A stretch of 64,000 nucleotides of DNA from Candidatus Dojkabacteria bacterium (GTDB taxonomy: Bacteria; Patescibacteriota; Dojkabacteria; B142; WJKM01): NCBI GenBank assembly GCA_014729085.1, contig WJKM01000009.1, positions 126,590 to 190,589 on the forward strand, written 5' to 3'. The first letter of the stretch is position 1, and every line of letters starts with the position of its first letter. The position numbers were made by a program, and so were the translations under genes. The notes under the pieces are model-generated. The model did not search any database and had not been told where the DNA came from. It saw only the letters and a program-made list of their open reading frames with translations. This document shows, one piece after another, positions 39,984-50,100 of the stretch.

Positions 39984-40817
39984 CTAAACTTTGTAAACAT
40001 CTTCGAGTTTCATATTTACGATTTTTCCATCTCTTTTTGTAATTTGCACATTTGAGTAATTTTTGCTTTTAATTTGGTTGATTAAATCAAGTTCTGTTAA
40101 TGCTTTATCTGTATTATTTTCTTCACCATATACAGTGTAGGATTTATCAATATTTTTTTTAATTTTTATTTGCTTATAAGCACTATCCCTAATAATATTT
40201 ATGATTTCCTTTTCTTGTTGTGTTAGCTTTTCGTTCATTTCCTCAATATATTCACTCAACTCTTTATAATATGAAACTTCTATTCCGATTCCTGATTTTT
40301 TTATTGCTTCTATAACTATTTCATTAAAATTGAAATATACAAAAGAGTCATGTTTAGTCATTAAGTATGCAAAAGAATTTATATCAGAAAAATATACATA
40401 ACCTTCTGATGTAATTACTAGATAAATCTTAACTGTTCCTATTACACTTAAGAAAAGTATATCTAGAGGTGGGTTTGTTACACTGTGCTGTTTTTCTAGA
40501 TTTTTATAAAAGTCCTTATCATAAAAAATATGTTTTAGATTTTGAAGTTGTTCGTTTGTTAGATTATATTTTCTAGCTTCATGTATGCATTGTAGATAGG
40601 TTAGATCCTTTATGCTGAATTTTCTCCACCCCTTTGATTTATCTCTTGAGTCTACTAACATTTCATCATTATCTAAAGAATTTATCTGCCTGTAAGTGAG
40701 TACACTATCTTTGACAGTATAAACCCTCTCTTCAAATGACTCGATGAAATCAGAACAATCTTTTCTCTTTCTGAGTCCCTTATATTGTTCTATTAAGTTT
40801 GGTGTAAGTAAAATCAT
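39984..40817 (-). CDS. MerR-like HTH-domain protein (element regulator)
   Basis: YTVKD..LTYRQINSLD...GWRKFSIKDL resembles the MerR winged HTH. Confidence 0.6.
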   Translation of the reverse strand: MILLTPNLIEQYKGLRKRKDCSDFIESFEERVYTVKDSVLTYRQINSLDNDEMLVDSRDKSKGWRKFSIKDLTYLQCIHEARKYNLTNEQLQNLKHIFYDKDFYKNLEKQHSVTNPPLDILFLSVIGTVKIYLVITSEGYVYFSDINSFAYLMTKHDSFVYFNFNEIVIEAIKKSGIGIEVSYYKELSEYIEEMNEKLTQQEKEIINIIRDSAYKQIKIKKNIDKSYTVYGEENNTDKALTELDLINQIKSKNYSNVQITKRDGKIVNMKLEDVYKV

Positions 40818-40819
40818 GG

Positions 40820-40879
40820 AATTATATGTTAATGTATAATTTATCTTACATGAATAGAATTATACAGTCAAGTATAATT
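40820..40879 (-). promoter_or_regulatory. Promoter of the MerR-like gene with two 8-6-8 palindromic operators
   Basis: AATTATAT-n6-GTATAATT (40820-41) and AATTATAC-n6-GTATAATT (40858-79). On the - strand: TTGACT (40871-66), 17 nt, TAAGAT (40848-43). Confidence 0.65.
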
Positions 40880-40894
40880 TAAAGAGTTTTAAAA

Positions 40895-41275
40895 CTATGA
40901 AGCTGCAATTATTGAAAGTATCTTTGTGGTTTGTTCTTTTGTAAGTTCTGGATGAGGGTATATTCCTTTTCTGTAAGCTGTTATTATTCTTTCAATTAAG
41001 TTGAAAGGAATAGTCTTTGTCTGGTCCGTTGTCTCGAATCTAATTTGAACAGGGAACCTACCTTGCCAAGCATTACCTTCAATATTAATATTTGGAGCTG
41101 TAGTAGGTTTGTAGGGACCTGAAAATTCGAATGTTGATGTGTTGTACAAAAAGAGATAATCTTCAAGAGTAATTTTCATCATACTAGCTTTGACTGCTTC
41201 TTCTTCACCAAAAAGCATACGTTCAAATACTTCATCTTTTGTTTTGTCGTTGCATCTAAAAATATAACCTTTCAT
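40895..41275 (-). CDS. Stand-alone DCD (development and cell death; EVE/PUA-like) domain protein
   Basis: GYIFRCN..T..E.FERMLFG, LFLYN, NI...AW, RFPVQIRF and ELT..Q parallel the DCD signature (G.IF.CN..T..E....LFGL, LFL.N, FPAQVR). Confidence 0.72.
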   Translation of the reverse strand: MKGYIFRCNDKTKDEVFERMLFGEEEAVKASMMKITLEDYLFLYNTSTFEFSGPYKPTTAPNINIEGNAWQGRFPVQIRFETTDQTKTIPFNLIERIITAYRKGIYPHPELTKEQTTKILSIIAAS

Positions 41276-41694
41276 TTTCTTACCTTTTTAGTTTCTAAAT
41301 GATTTTGAGTAATTGCAATAATATACATGTACTTACCAGCATAGAAATAAAATAATCTGGAAGTTTGAGCCCCTTTATGCTCTCTCAACTCTTCTACATC
41401 TTCTGGTAATTTCCTAAATAGCTTCTTATATTCTCCACTACAATATACCCTTTGTCTTTTAATATTATTTTTATCCAATGTTGTATTATTACACCCGCCT
41501 ATTGTTCTGATATCTTTAACAAACCTTTTGGATGCACTACCTGACAATGAAGATATTTCACTAATCTTATCATTAAAAAATTGAAAAGATATTAAAAAAG
41601 GTTCCCCTTCAGGATCTCCTCTATATGGATTTAAAGCAACTTTTTCGGGAATATATTTATTTGTAGCTGTTGTCTTTGGATCGGGTATTTGCAT
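41272..41694 (-). CDS. Putative toxin (RelE/BECR-like RNase) of a Panacea TA pair
   Basis: Directly follows DUF4065 (TAATG overlap); FLISF...LREHK...SRLFYF...MYIIAITQNH beta-rich C-terminus. Confidence 0.55.
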   Translation of the reverse strand: MQIPDPKTTATNKYIPEKVALNPYRGDPEGEPFLISFQFFNDKISEISSLSGSASKRFVKDIRTIGGCNNTTLDKNNIKRQRVYCSGEYKKLFRKLPEDVEELREHKGAQTSRLFYFYAGKYMYIIAITQNHLETKKVRK

Positions 41695-42221
41695 TAAGAA
41701 GACTTTTTAATTAAAGAAGAATAGTAAGCCTTCATATCTTCCAAACTAATAACATTATTTGAGCTAACAGATGCATGAATTTGCCCCCTTGCATTCTGCC
41801 ATGGATCTTCGTTATGTGACAACTGTTCTAAATAATCGCCATCATATTTCCCATATACCCTCCATATCTCCTCTAGTAAGTCCTGATTAGGTATATCTGA
41901 AATTTCTGCATCATTTACTTTCAGTTCAATTGGTCTATATCCATATTTCTTATATTTGTTGTATACTACCTTAATTGCAGGACCATGTACCCATGCTTCA
42001 ATTTCTTCTTTGAATATTGGCTCTTCCTTGTATACCAGATGCCAAGCTTGTGAATAGTACAAGAGCTTTTGTAATTGTTTATTTGTAATACTCTTACCTT
42101 CTTTGGACGCTTTCCAAATAAAAAATTTAGCGATATCTAATGCTGATTTCGTTTTTTGTTTTTTTGGTTTATTCATAAAAAGAAAGTAAGAACTTAACAT
42201 TATTATAAACGTAATTTTCAA
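41694..42221 (-). CDS. Panacea (DUF4065/SocA/GepA) antitoxin; likely start 42176
   Basis: ALDIAKFFI, LQKLLYYSQAW, IEAWVHGP, LEQLSH.EDPW. Confidence 0.9.
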   Translation of the reverse strand: MKITFIIMLSSYFLFMNKPKKQKTKSALDIAKFFIWKASKEGKSITNKQLQKLLYYSQAWHLVYKEEPIFKEEIEAWVHGPAIKVVYNKYKKYGYRPIELKVNDAEISDIPNQDLLEEIWRVYGKYDGDYLEQLSHNEDPWQNARGQIHASVSSNNVISLEDMKAYYSSLIKKSS

Positions 42222-42239
42222 CTTTTCAATTCACTTTTA

Positions 42240-43289
42240 TCACTTTTTATAATCCAAATACTTCTTAATCTTATTATATTCTAAACACTTCATGTAGTTC
42301 TCCATATATTCGAAGTCTGGTTGATTTTGATTATTCATAGGTAACATTATTTTCTGTCGTTTTAATCTTGCTGTACCCATCTTGTAACCATAGCCATATT
42401 TAGCACGTTGTCTTGTTATCTGTTGAGATATAAATATACCTATATGTTTAGATGGGTTATTTAACCGTAATTTTCTACAATCATTTGAAAACAATGCCTC
42501 GTATGAATGATAAAAAGAATAGCCAACAGACCCATTTCGATTTACAGAAAGGCAACCTGCTTCTTTCGTTTTATTATCGTTGCTTACAAAATATCCGATA
42601 CCATTATTATTTGCAGTTGATGATACATAAGGCGTATTACCTGATATTCTTTCCTTTGCATAAATATCACGTCCAGATTCAATAGTGGCTACATCTTGAA
42701 TAAAAAACTCACCCCATTCTTTATCTTCTAATGGCTCAACATCTTTATAATCCTGCAATTCTGCTAATCTTTTTGAAACAACCTTTTTGTATTTATCCAA
42801 CTTATTTTGTTCTTTTTGCCTCATATAGGCTTCCATAAATTCATAGTCTGGGTTGCATTGTGAGTTGGTTGGTAAAAGTATTTTGCTTCTTCTCAATCTG
42901 GTTAGGGTTGCACCATTACTGCCCCAATTGAACTTATCCATTTGTCGAATGATTAAGGGGATAAGAAATTGTGCTATATCTTTGTTAAGGAACTCACTTC
43001 TTAAAACTTGGATATTCTGCCCTGTGTAAAACGATTTAGGCTGGTAGAAAACGGTTTGTGTATCAAGTCCAATTGTAATTACATTCCCTTCATCTAATTT
43101 GAATTTTTCTGCTTGCTTACCAATAAATGAATCCCACCCGTTATCTTTCTCAGAACGAGTTATATAAGGTGTATTACCTGTCTTATTACTTAATTTGTTA
43201 CGGTCGATACTACTTGATGAAGAATCAATATCAAAAGTATCTTCAAAAGTAAATTCCTTCCAGTTTTTATCTTCTAAACTTAATTTCAT
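42240..43289 (-). CDS. Restriction-modification specificity subunit (HsdS / BcgIB-like)
   Basis: Two TRD repeats: WKEF...GNTPYI...NG...KILLP...PDYEFME, repeated as WGEF...GNTPYV...KIMLP...PDFEYME. Confidence 0.88.
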   Translation of the reverse strand: MKLSLEDKNWKEFTFEDTFDIDSSSSSIDRNKLSNKTGNTPYITRSEKDNGWDSFIGKQAEKFKLDEGNVITIGLDTQTVFYQPKSFYTGQNIQVLRSEFLNKDIAQFLIPLIIRQMDKFNWGSNGATLTRLRRSKILLPTNSQCNPDYEFMEAYMRQKEQNKLDKYKKVVSKRLAELQDYKDVEPLEDKEWGEFFIQDVATIESGRDIYAKERISGNTPYVSSTANNNGIGYFVSNDNKTKEAGCLSVNRNGSVGYSFYHSYEALFSNDCRKLRLNNPSKHIGIFISQQITRQRAKYGYGYKMGTARLKRQKIMLPMNNQNQPDFEYMENYMKCLEYNKIKKYLDYKK

Positions 43290-43291
43290 AG

Positions 43292-45190
43292 TTATTTATC
43301 GTCATTTTCAAATAAATAATCTCTGCCTTGCATAATCATATTAAACTCAAAGGTAAGGTAATCACCTATAGTTTGCTCAAAGTCTTCTGGCTTTGGTATT
43401 TCGTCATTAAAGTAATAGAAAGAATGTAGCCATTCGTCATCTGGTTCTATGGTTGTTTTCACCATAAATTTAGTATCTGCTGGTGCATCATGTAGCCAAC
43501 AACTTAGTAAATGTTCTTTTCTTTCTTTTGCTCTCTCAGTTTCTACAAGTCCGATATGCTTACTTACCACAAATCCATCATCTTCAAAGTTAATAAATTT
43601 ACAATACTTTTTGAGGTTATGTGGTTTATGAGATGTAAATATGGCTATGCATGGATTAGTTCCAATACCATAGAATGTATCCTTATTTAGTGTAATTACA
43701 CCTTCCAAAGTATGTTTTTCTAATATTCTTTTTTTAACCTGTCTATCTTCTTTTGTTTTACCTACCATAGTTGATTGAGGAATTATGACAGCTGCTCGTC
43801 CTTTGTCAGTTAGACTATCAAGTAAATGTTCAATGAAATGTATTTCTGATAAATGTGCAGTATCTTTTCCTTTGGCTTGTGAATAAGGAGGATTCATTAA
43901 ACCTACAGTATAATTATTTTTCCTCATCTCTTCTGCACTTCTCTTGAGAAAGTCATCTTTTAAAAGATTACTCTTTCCATCTCCACGTAAAATCATATTA
44001 GTAGTTGCAATGGCAAACATATCTTCTCTAATTTCTATTCCGTGTATTTGTTCTCTTTTAATTTTATTCTGTTTATTCTTATCTGCCTTCTTTAACATCT
44101 TATACATTGCGGTAATCAAAAAACTTCCTGTACCACATGTGGGGTCAAAGACAATATCATTTGGTTTTATATCCAATAAATCACAAAATAATTCAGTAAT
44201 ATGACTAGGAGTTAATACAACACCCAAAGTTTGACCATCACCACCACTATATCTAATAAATTCACCATAAAAACGTCCTAGAACATCCTCTTTAGAGTTT
44301 GCTACAACGCTATCAAAAACATTCTTTTTTAAATATTCAGTAAAGTATTTCAGCGGTGTTTTCTCTAGTCTTTTATCTACCTGATTAAGTATAGTTCTAT
44401 CCATTACAATATTAAATTGACTCAAAACTTGCTCCTTTTTGATTTCTGGCTTTACCTCAACACGTGTCATGTGTGTAGATAAAGCATCAAATATTATATT
44501 TCCATCTGTTTTTACGCTATCTCCTTTTAATAAGTCTGGAATATCTGGATTCTCATTTAAAGCTAGGAGAATAGCAGATACGACAAGGGGTTTTTCCTTA
44601 TCTCCAAGTTGTCCATAGTTTCTTAAATCTTCGTGAAGTGCTTTCGATTTCTTTAGTATTACTTCTAATTCAACCGTTTCGGGTGGCGTTTCATTAAGTA
44701 CCTGTTCTTTATAGTATCGTACGATATTTTCTTTAGAAAAATTTTCAAAATTTTCAACTGGTTCTAATAATATATATTCGTTTTCATTGACATATATAGG
44801 TCGAATCATGTGATGTTTCTCATCACCAGAACAACCAAAAGCAAATACCTTTTTGAAATTTGTTTTCTGTACTATTTGCCTAGCATAGTGCAAAGCCCCA
44901 TTTTCTGCATATTCAGTTATCGATTTTGTATCTGTTGCGAGATGAGAGTTGCTCTCATCTTCATATCTTGCTTGTTTGTCTAAATCAGCTTTATCCTCCA
45001 TTACAAGAATAAACTCATCTGATTTAGCTGTAAATTCTGGAAAGCCTACATTCCCTGTACCTTTCTTTGATGAAGTTTTTAGTGCATTTTCTATCTCTTT
45101 AATCCCACTTCCATTTGGTGTAAATTTAATGCCCACCTTGCCAAGTAATTTACCAACAAAGAAGTCAGTTATTTTTTCATTTTTACTCAT
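43292..45190 (-). CDS. Fused restriction endonuclease / N6-adenine methyltransferase (BcgIA-like, Type IIB/IIG)
   Basis: N-terminal GFPEF...MEDK nuclease-like motif; VLTP, DPTCGTGSFL, NMILRGDG, MNPPYS. Confidence 0.88.
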   Translation of the reverse strand: MSKNEKITDFFVGKLLGKVGIKFTPNGSGIKEIENALKTSSKKGTGNVGFPEFTAKSDEFILVMEDKADLDKQARYEDESNSHLATDTKSITEYAENGALHYARQIVQKTNFKKVFAFGCSGDEKHHMIRPIYVNENEYILLEPVENFENFSKENIVRYYKEQVLNETPPETVELEVILKKSKALHEDLRNYGQLGDKEKPLVVSAILLALNENPDIPDLLKGDSVKTDGNIIFDALSTHMTRVEVKPEIKKEQVLSQFNIVMDRTILNQVDKRLEKTPLKYFTEYLKKNVFDSVVANSKEDVLGRFYGEFIRYSGGDGQTLGVVLTPSHITELFCDLLDIKPNDIVFDPTCGTGSFLITAMYKMLKKADKNKQNKIKREQIHGIEIREDMFAIATTNMILRGDGKSNLLKDDFLKRSAEEMRKNNYTVGLMNPPYSQAKGKDTAHLSEIHFIEHLLDSLTDKGRAAVIIPQSTMVGKTKEDRQVKKRILEKHTLEGVITLNKDTFYGIGTNPCIAIFTSHKPHNLKKYCKFINFEDDGFVVSKHIGLVETERAKERKEHLLSCWLHDAPADTKFMVKTTIEPDDEWLHSFYYFNDEIPKPEDFEQTIGDYLTFEFNMIMQGRDYLFENDDK

Positions 45191-45266
45191 TTGAGAATTA
45201 TATTTTTAAACATAAAGAAATTACTATTTTTATAATAAAGCACTTAGCTATAGATAGCAAACTACC

Positions 45267-46403
45267 TTAGACAAGGTTTATTTGACATTTTTCTGTATTC
45301 ATTTTTTCTTCAGATAGCAACTCATTAGTAATGGATTTGAACTCTGAAATTTGTGCATTAATTTCATTTCGAATATTTGAATATTCATAATCATCAAATT
45401 CTTTTAAAACTTTCTTACATAATTTCCATACTCTTTTAGTAGTAGTGTTGCTATATCTATTTTCAAAAATCTCTTTTGCCTTATGAATACCTAAATCACT
45501 ACATAACCTAAAACAAGTAATAATTGCCCATTCCTCACTTGGTTTTATGTCTTGGTCCCAAATATATTCATACATTCTTTTGATAGTAGGTAATCGCATA
45601 GGAATAAACTTAAATTCATCAGAAAACAAGCTCTTATTCAAATCATAGAGTAGTATCTTTTTGCTTAAACCACTATCAAAGATATCTTTAAGTGTAAGGC
45701 GTTCAACTTTCCTTCCTAATGCCCATGAATATTTTGCGTTTGTTCTCTGATAATTTTGCATGCGATATTCAAATCTTAGAATATTATTTTGTTTTAAATT
45801 CTGAACAAGTCCTTTTTCTTTATCTGTTTTATGATTAATCGCAACTAAAGAGGGGGCTTTTGCATATATTCCAATTCCCGTTGAAGTTGTAAATTCTCGA
45901 ATGGAAACACCATTTTCTTTATAATTTTCAAACTTTAAAGAGTGTCTCCATTTCCACCATAATCTTCTTGTAAATTCAATAAACTCAGTAGCTCCAACTG
46001 GACCATCTAGAATTATATTTTTCGATACTGTAGCAAAAGACACATAGCTATTTTTAAGTGCTTCGTTTGATATATTTATTCCCATATCATAAAGCTTTTT
46101 AGTAAAGTTACCTATAAAGTCATCGAAATCTTCATTTGATAACTCTTCTACATTATTTTCAAATAGTATTTTAGGAGCAGAAAATTCAATGTAAAGCTTG
46201 CCATTACCTCGAAAAGTTAAACTTGGATAATACTCACCTGTTGTATCTATCAACTGACCTTGCTTTATAAATCGTTTCTCCTTGATATCCATCTCGGGCT
46301 TTCTTAACATAAGGACTTTATAAACTTTCCCATAAATATCTTGAACTTGAATAGGTTTAATTATTTGATAGTTTGTTGTGTTTATTTTTATTGTATCTAG
46401 CAT
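45267..46403 (-). CDS. Replication initiator-like protein (phage/plasmid gene II/X-type)
   Basis: MLDTIKI, YYPSLT, IEFSAPKILFENNVEEL, IYAK, ILRFEYR. Confidence 0.65.
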   Translation of the reverse strand: MLDTIKINTTNYQIIKPIQVQDIYGKVYKVLMLRKPEMDIKEKRFIKQGQLIDTTGEYYPSLTFRGNGKLYIEFSAPKILFENNVEELSNEDFDDFIGNFTKKLYDMGINISNEALKNSYVSFATVSKNIILDGPVGATEFIEFTRRLWWKWRHSLKFENYKENGVSIREFTTSTGIGIYAKAPSLVAINHKTDKEKGLVQNLKQNNILRFEYRMQNYQRTNAKYSWALGRKVERLTLKDIFDSGLSKKILLYDLNKSLFSDEFKFIPMRLPTIKRMYEYIWDQDIKPSEEWAIITCFRLCSDLGIHKAKEIFENRYSNTTTKRVWKLCKKVLKEFDDYEYSNIRNEINAQISEFKSITNELLSEEKMNTEKCQINLV

Positions 46404-46521
46404 TTTTACTCTGGTAACCAGTTATATCAGTTCTCTTATCAATTTTAATTAAGATTTCAAAGAATTTAACTAACCTTTGCATTTCTAATTCTGTTAGTTT
46501 TAAAGATTCTTTTTTCTTCAT
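46357..46521 (-). CDS. 54-aa ORF upstream of and overlapping rep
   Basis: Hand-translated MKKKESLKLTELEMQRLVKFFEILIKIDKRT...; amphipathic helix. Confidence 0.45.
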   Translation of the reverse strand: MKKKESLKLTELEMQRLVKFFEILIKIDKRTDITGYQSKNARYNKNKHNKLSNN

Positions 46522-46684
46522 GATTGCTAGTTTAAGAAATAATTAACTAGCTTTTTATCATGAACCAAGTATTTTTGTATTACACGGCGGTATATATTCA
46601 AACAAGAAGCGGTTGAAGTTTGAAATTCTTAATGAAGTAACCAAGCTCTACAAGCCTTTCGTGGAAAGTGTTGTAAAATGATTT

Positions 46685-46698
46685 CCTTGGGGTCACCA
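46685..46698 (+). repeat. attR core (duplicated tRNA-Glu 3' end)
   Basis: GATTTCCTTGGGGTCACCA (46680-98) versus GATTCCCCTTGGGGTCACCA in the tRNA. Confidence 0.88.
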
Positions 46699-46704
46699 AA
46701 AAAT

Positions 46705-46737
46705 AAAATCCACCTTTATGGTGGTTTTTTGTTTTTT
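46705..46737 (+). terminator. Probable original tRNA-Glu terminator displaced by the insertion
   Basis: CCACC-tttat-GGTGG followed by a T tract, immediately after attR. Confidence 0.65.
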
Positions 46738-47161
46738 ATAATCTTCTGAAATTAAACGGACGGTTCTACATTTTTCGTCAGAAATTGATAACTTTTCGGA
46801 AAACGCTAAGGTAGGAAACTTTTATTATACAACCAACTCATAGTTCCTTTATTCTGGGTGCAGAATGTAAATGAGGACAGAATTCCAAGTTTAATTAGAA
46901 TTTACAGATTTCTATCAAAAGATTATGAATGCATTAAAGTTGACTAAGAAAGAAAAGGTCTATTTATCTGAGATAAATTTTTATGATAATTGAAAGTGAT
47001 TTTTTAGAGTTTTCATTCAAAATTTGTATTGCAATACAAAGTCAAATTAAAAATATTCTAATATAATTAAAAAACAATCAGAGGAAATTTTTATATACAA
47101 AGGGTTAGATACTATCAATTAAATTTCTAATTAAAATCAATTTATTTATTATTTTCTTCTA

Positions 47162-50100
47162 ATGACCAAACCGCTCAAAAAGGTCTTGATTGAAACTATC
47201 CACATTATTCACAATACAGTAAAAAGAGTACAGCTAAAAAACTTAAAGCTGTATTTTTTTATTTTGCCTTTTTTGCTTTTAACATTTACACCTGTTTTTG
47301 CTCAAACGACAGACGAATATAATTACTCAGATTGTGGATTTGTTATCGATGATTCAGATTCAGGTTGTTCAGAAGCATATGGTAATTGGAAACTACAGAA
47401 AATAGGAAATAAAGGGACATCATTACTTTCTCCAAAAGACACTTTCTTGCCTTCTGTTACATGGGTTCCAGATTATAAAAACCTGAAAGGGCAGGTTGAG
47501 GTATTTGCAACCATTCCAAGAATTGAGGGAGAAAATTTGTCCGAAGTTGCTTGGTACAAAATAAAACATAGTGAGGGTACAAGCGATTATTTTGTAAATC
47601 AAAAAGAAAATGCAGGAGATATAGTATCACTTGGAATATATAATTTCGATGGAACCGAAGTTTCAATAGATTTATATGGATCTGGTGGTGAGGTAGTTGT
47701 GGCAGATACTGTTTGTTTTGGTAGATGCTCAATAGGTGACATAACTCCACCAAGGATTGAAGAAGTTAAAGGACATAGTTATATGGGAGAATTACATGTT
47801 CAGTCAAAAATAACAGATGAAGGGACAGGTGTAAAGAATGCTTATGTATCAATTCAGGGAAATATTTACCCTATGAATGCAAAAGGAGATATTTATTCAG
47901 CGATTGTTCCATATATTCCAGGAACTGATTTGGAATGGTATATTCTTACATATGACAACGCAGGAAATGAAGCTATATGGGAACCTGGGCGTGGATATGT
48001 AACAAGAGGGGGAGGTTTAAATTTAGGAGTACCACCTGAGGCTGTTGATTTTGTTTGCTATAAAGAAGAGTTTAATAATACAGTCCCACCTGCAACACCA
48101 GGATCAGATCCATGTGAATGGACAACAGGAGATCCTGTAAATACTGTAAACGGAAATTTAATGGAAAGTGTAAATTTAATAAATATTTCCGGACGTCCTT
48201 CAATTAACCTTACTATCTACTATAACAGTCAAGGTACAGGTCTCTCAATTTTCGGTGAAAGTTGGCTTTATGATTATAATTACCATGTAACAGAGATGGA
48301 TAACGCTGACTTCAGTGGGGCTTTTGTGCAATATCCTTCAGGTAGCAATGCAATGTTCGAAAACTTCAAGTCTCCAGATGGAGTAAGAGACAAACTTGAA
48401 AAAATAGGAGATGGGTATCTTCTTACTCTTCAAGATCAGACAAAAATCTATTTTGATTCAAATGGAGATATTTCTAGATGGGAAGATATTAATAGAAATG
48501 GTCTAAACTTTGAATACTCAGAACAGATTAAATTTGTAAATTTTTCAAAGCTGTCAAAGATAACAGCAGATTCAGGTAGAAAAATTACATTTGAATACAA
48601 TGATGTTGGTTTAGTTTCTCAAATAAACGCACCAGAGAATAAAATTATCAAATTCGAATACAATGACACAGATGATTTAATTAAAATAATCAAACCTAAA
48701 GAAAGAGGGATTATATTTGAATACGATAATCACAGCATTACAAAAAAAATCAGTCCACAGGGACATGCATACTACGAAAATATCTTCGATAATCAAAGAA
48801 GAGTTATAAAACAAGTTGCAGGTACATCATTTACGCAGGAATATATTTATAATGACAATGAAACAATAGTTAAAAATCTTAACGGTTCACAAGCTGTCTA
48901 TAGTTATAACGAGGATTACTTAATGGTCAGCAATACAGATGAAGTTGGGAATACCAAGACATTTGAATACAACAATAAAAAGCAGATAATAGCTGAAATC
49001 GACGCTGAAGGGAAACGATATGAATACACATATGATGAAAATGGCAACCAGATACATATAAAAGATCCAATGGGATATGAGATAGAAAGAGAATTCAATG
49101 AATTTAATAAACCTGTAAAAGAAATCAACCAGAATGGAAAAGAAACTAGATGGGAATATGACAAAAAGGGAAATTTAGTCAAAATAATTAACTCAAATGG
49201 CAACGAAAAAATATTCAGCTATAACGAATATGGACAACTAATTGAGCAAACAGACTTTAATGGAAATAAAACTGTTTTCAAGTATACAGCTGAAGGTGAT
49301 CTTAAAAAGATAATAGATGCAGATGGAAATGAAATTGTATATACATACGATGAACTTGGAAGAATATTGACTGAAACAAACAAACGTGGGATTACCTACA
49401 CATACACCTATGATGTAAATGACAATCTTCTTAAAATTGAGGGACCTCTTGGATATACAAAATCATTTGAATATGACAAAAATAACAGACTTATTAAAGA
49501 GACTGACTCTAAACAAGAAATGATTTCGTATACATACGACAATTCGGAAAATATTTCTTCCATCTCAAATCAACTGCAATTTGTTACGAGTATGGAGTAC
49601 GGATCAATGAACGAATTTGCAAAAGGAATAGATGCTGAGGGACATATAACTGAATATGCATATCATCCTACGTACAAAATATCTCAAGTTAGACAGGCAG
49701 CTGGAACCTCAAAAGAAGCTATTTCTAATTTTGAATATAACAACGTAAAACTTCAAAAAAGAATTATAGATGCAGAAGGAAAGATTACCGAGTTTGTATA
49801 TGATGATTTATATAGAATAGTTAAAAAAATTGGAGACGTGAACGGAATTGAAATTGAAACACGTTTTAAGTACAATCCTGTTGGAGCCCTTGTTAAACAA
49901 ATCGATCCAAACGGAAATGCAGTTGAATATACTTTAGATAATTTAGATAGAGTAATCGAGCAAAAAGATGCCGAAGGAAACATTACAAAGTACGAATACG
50001 ACCCGAACTCAAACATTATAAGCACAACCAATCCAAGAGGCTTTAAGACAAAATTTGAATACAATAAGTTAAACCAACTTGTAAAGCAAATCAATTCAAT

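Larger units (their letters stand above)
38255..46698. mobile_element. ~8.4 kb integrative element (serine recombinase + rep + defence cargo) inserted at the tRNA-Glu 3' end
   Basis: Direct repeat CCTTGGGGTCACCA at 38255-38268 and 46685-46698; recombinase at one end and rep at the other; all genes on the - strand; terminator-like hairpin just beyond the right repeat. Confidence 0.9.

Noticed and set aside
38255-46698. Prophage or ICE call for the island
   Set aside because: No capsid, terminase, tail, relaxase or T4SS genes, so it is called only an integrative element.
46740-47160. Possible gene remnant between attR and rhs
   Set aside because: Only short broken frames with no recognisable motif.
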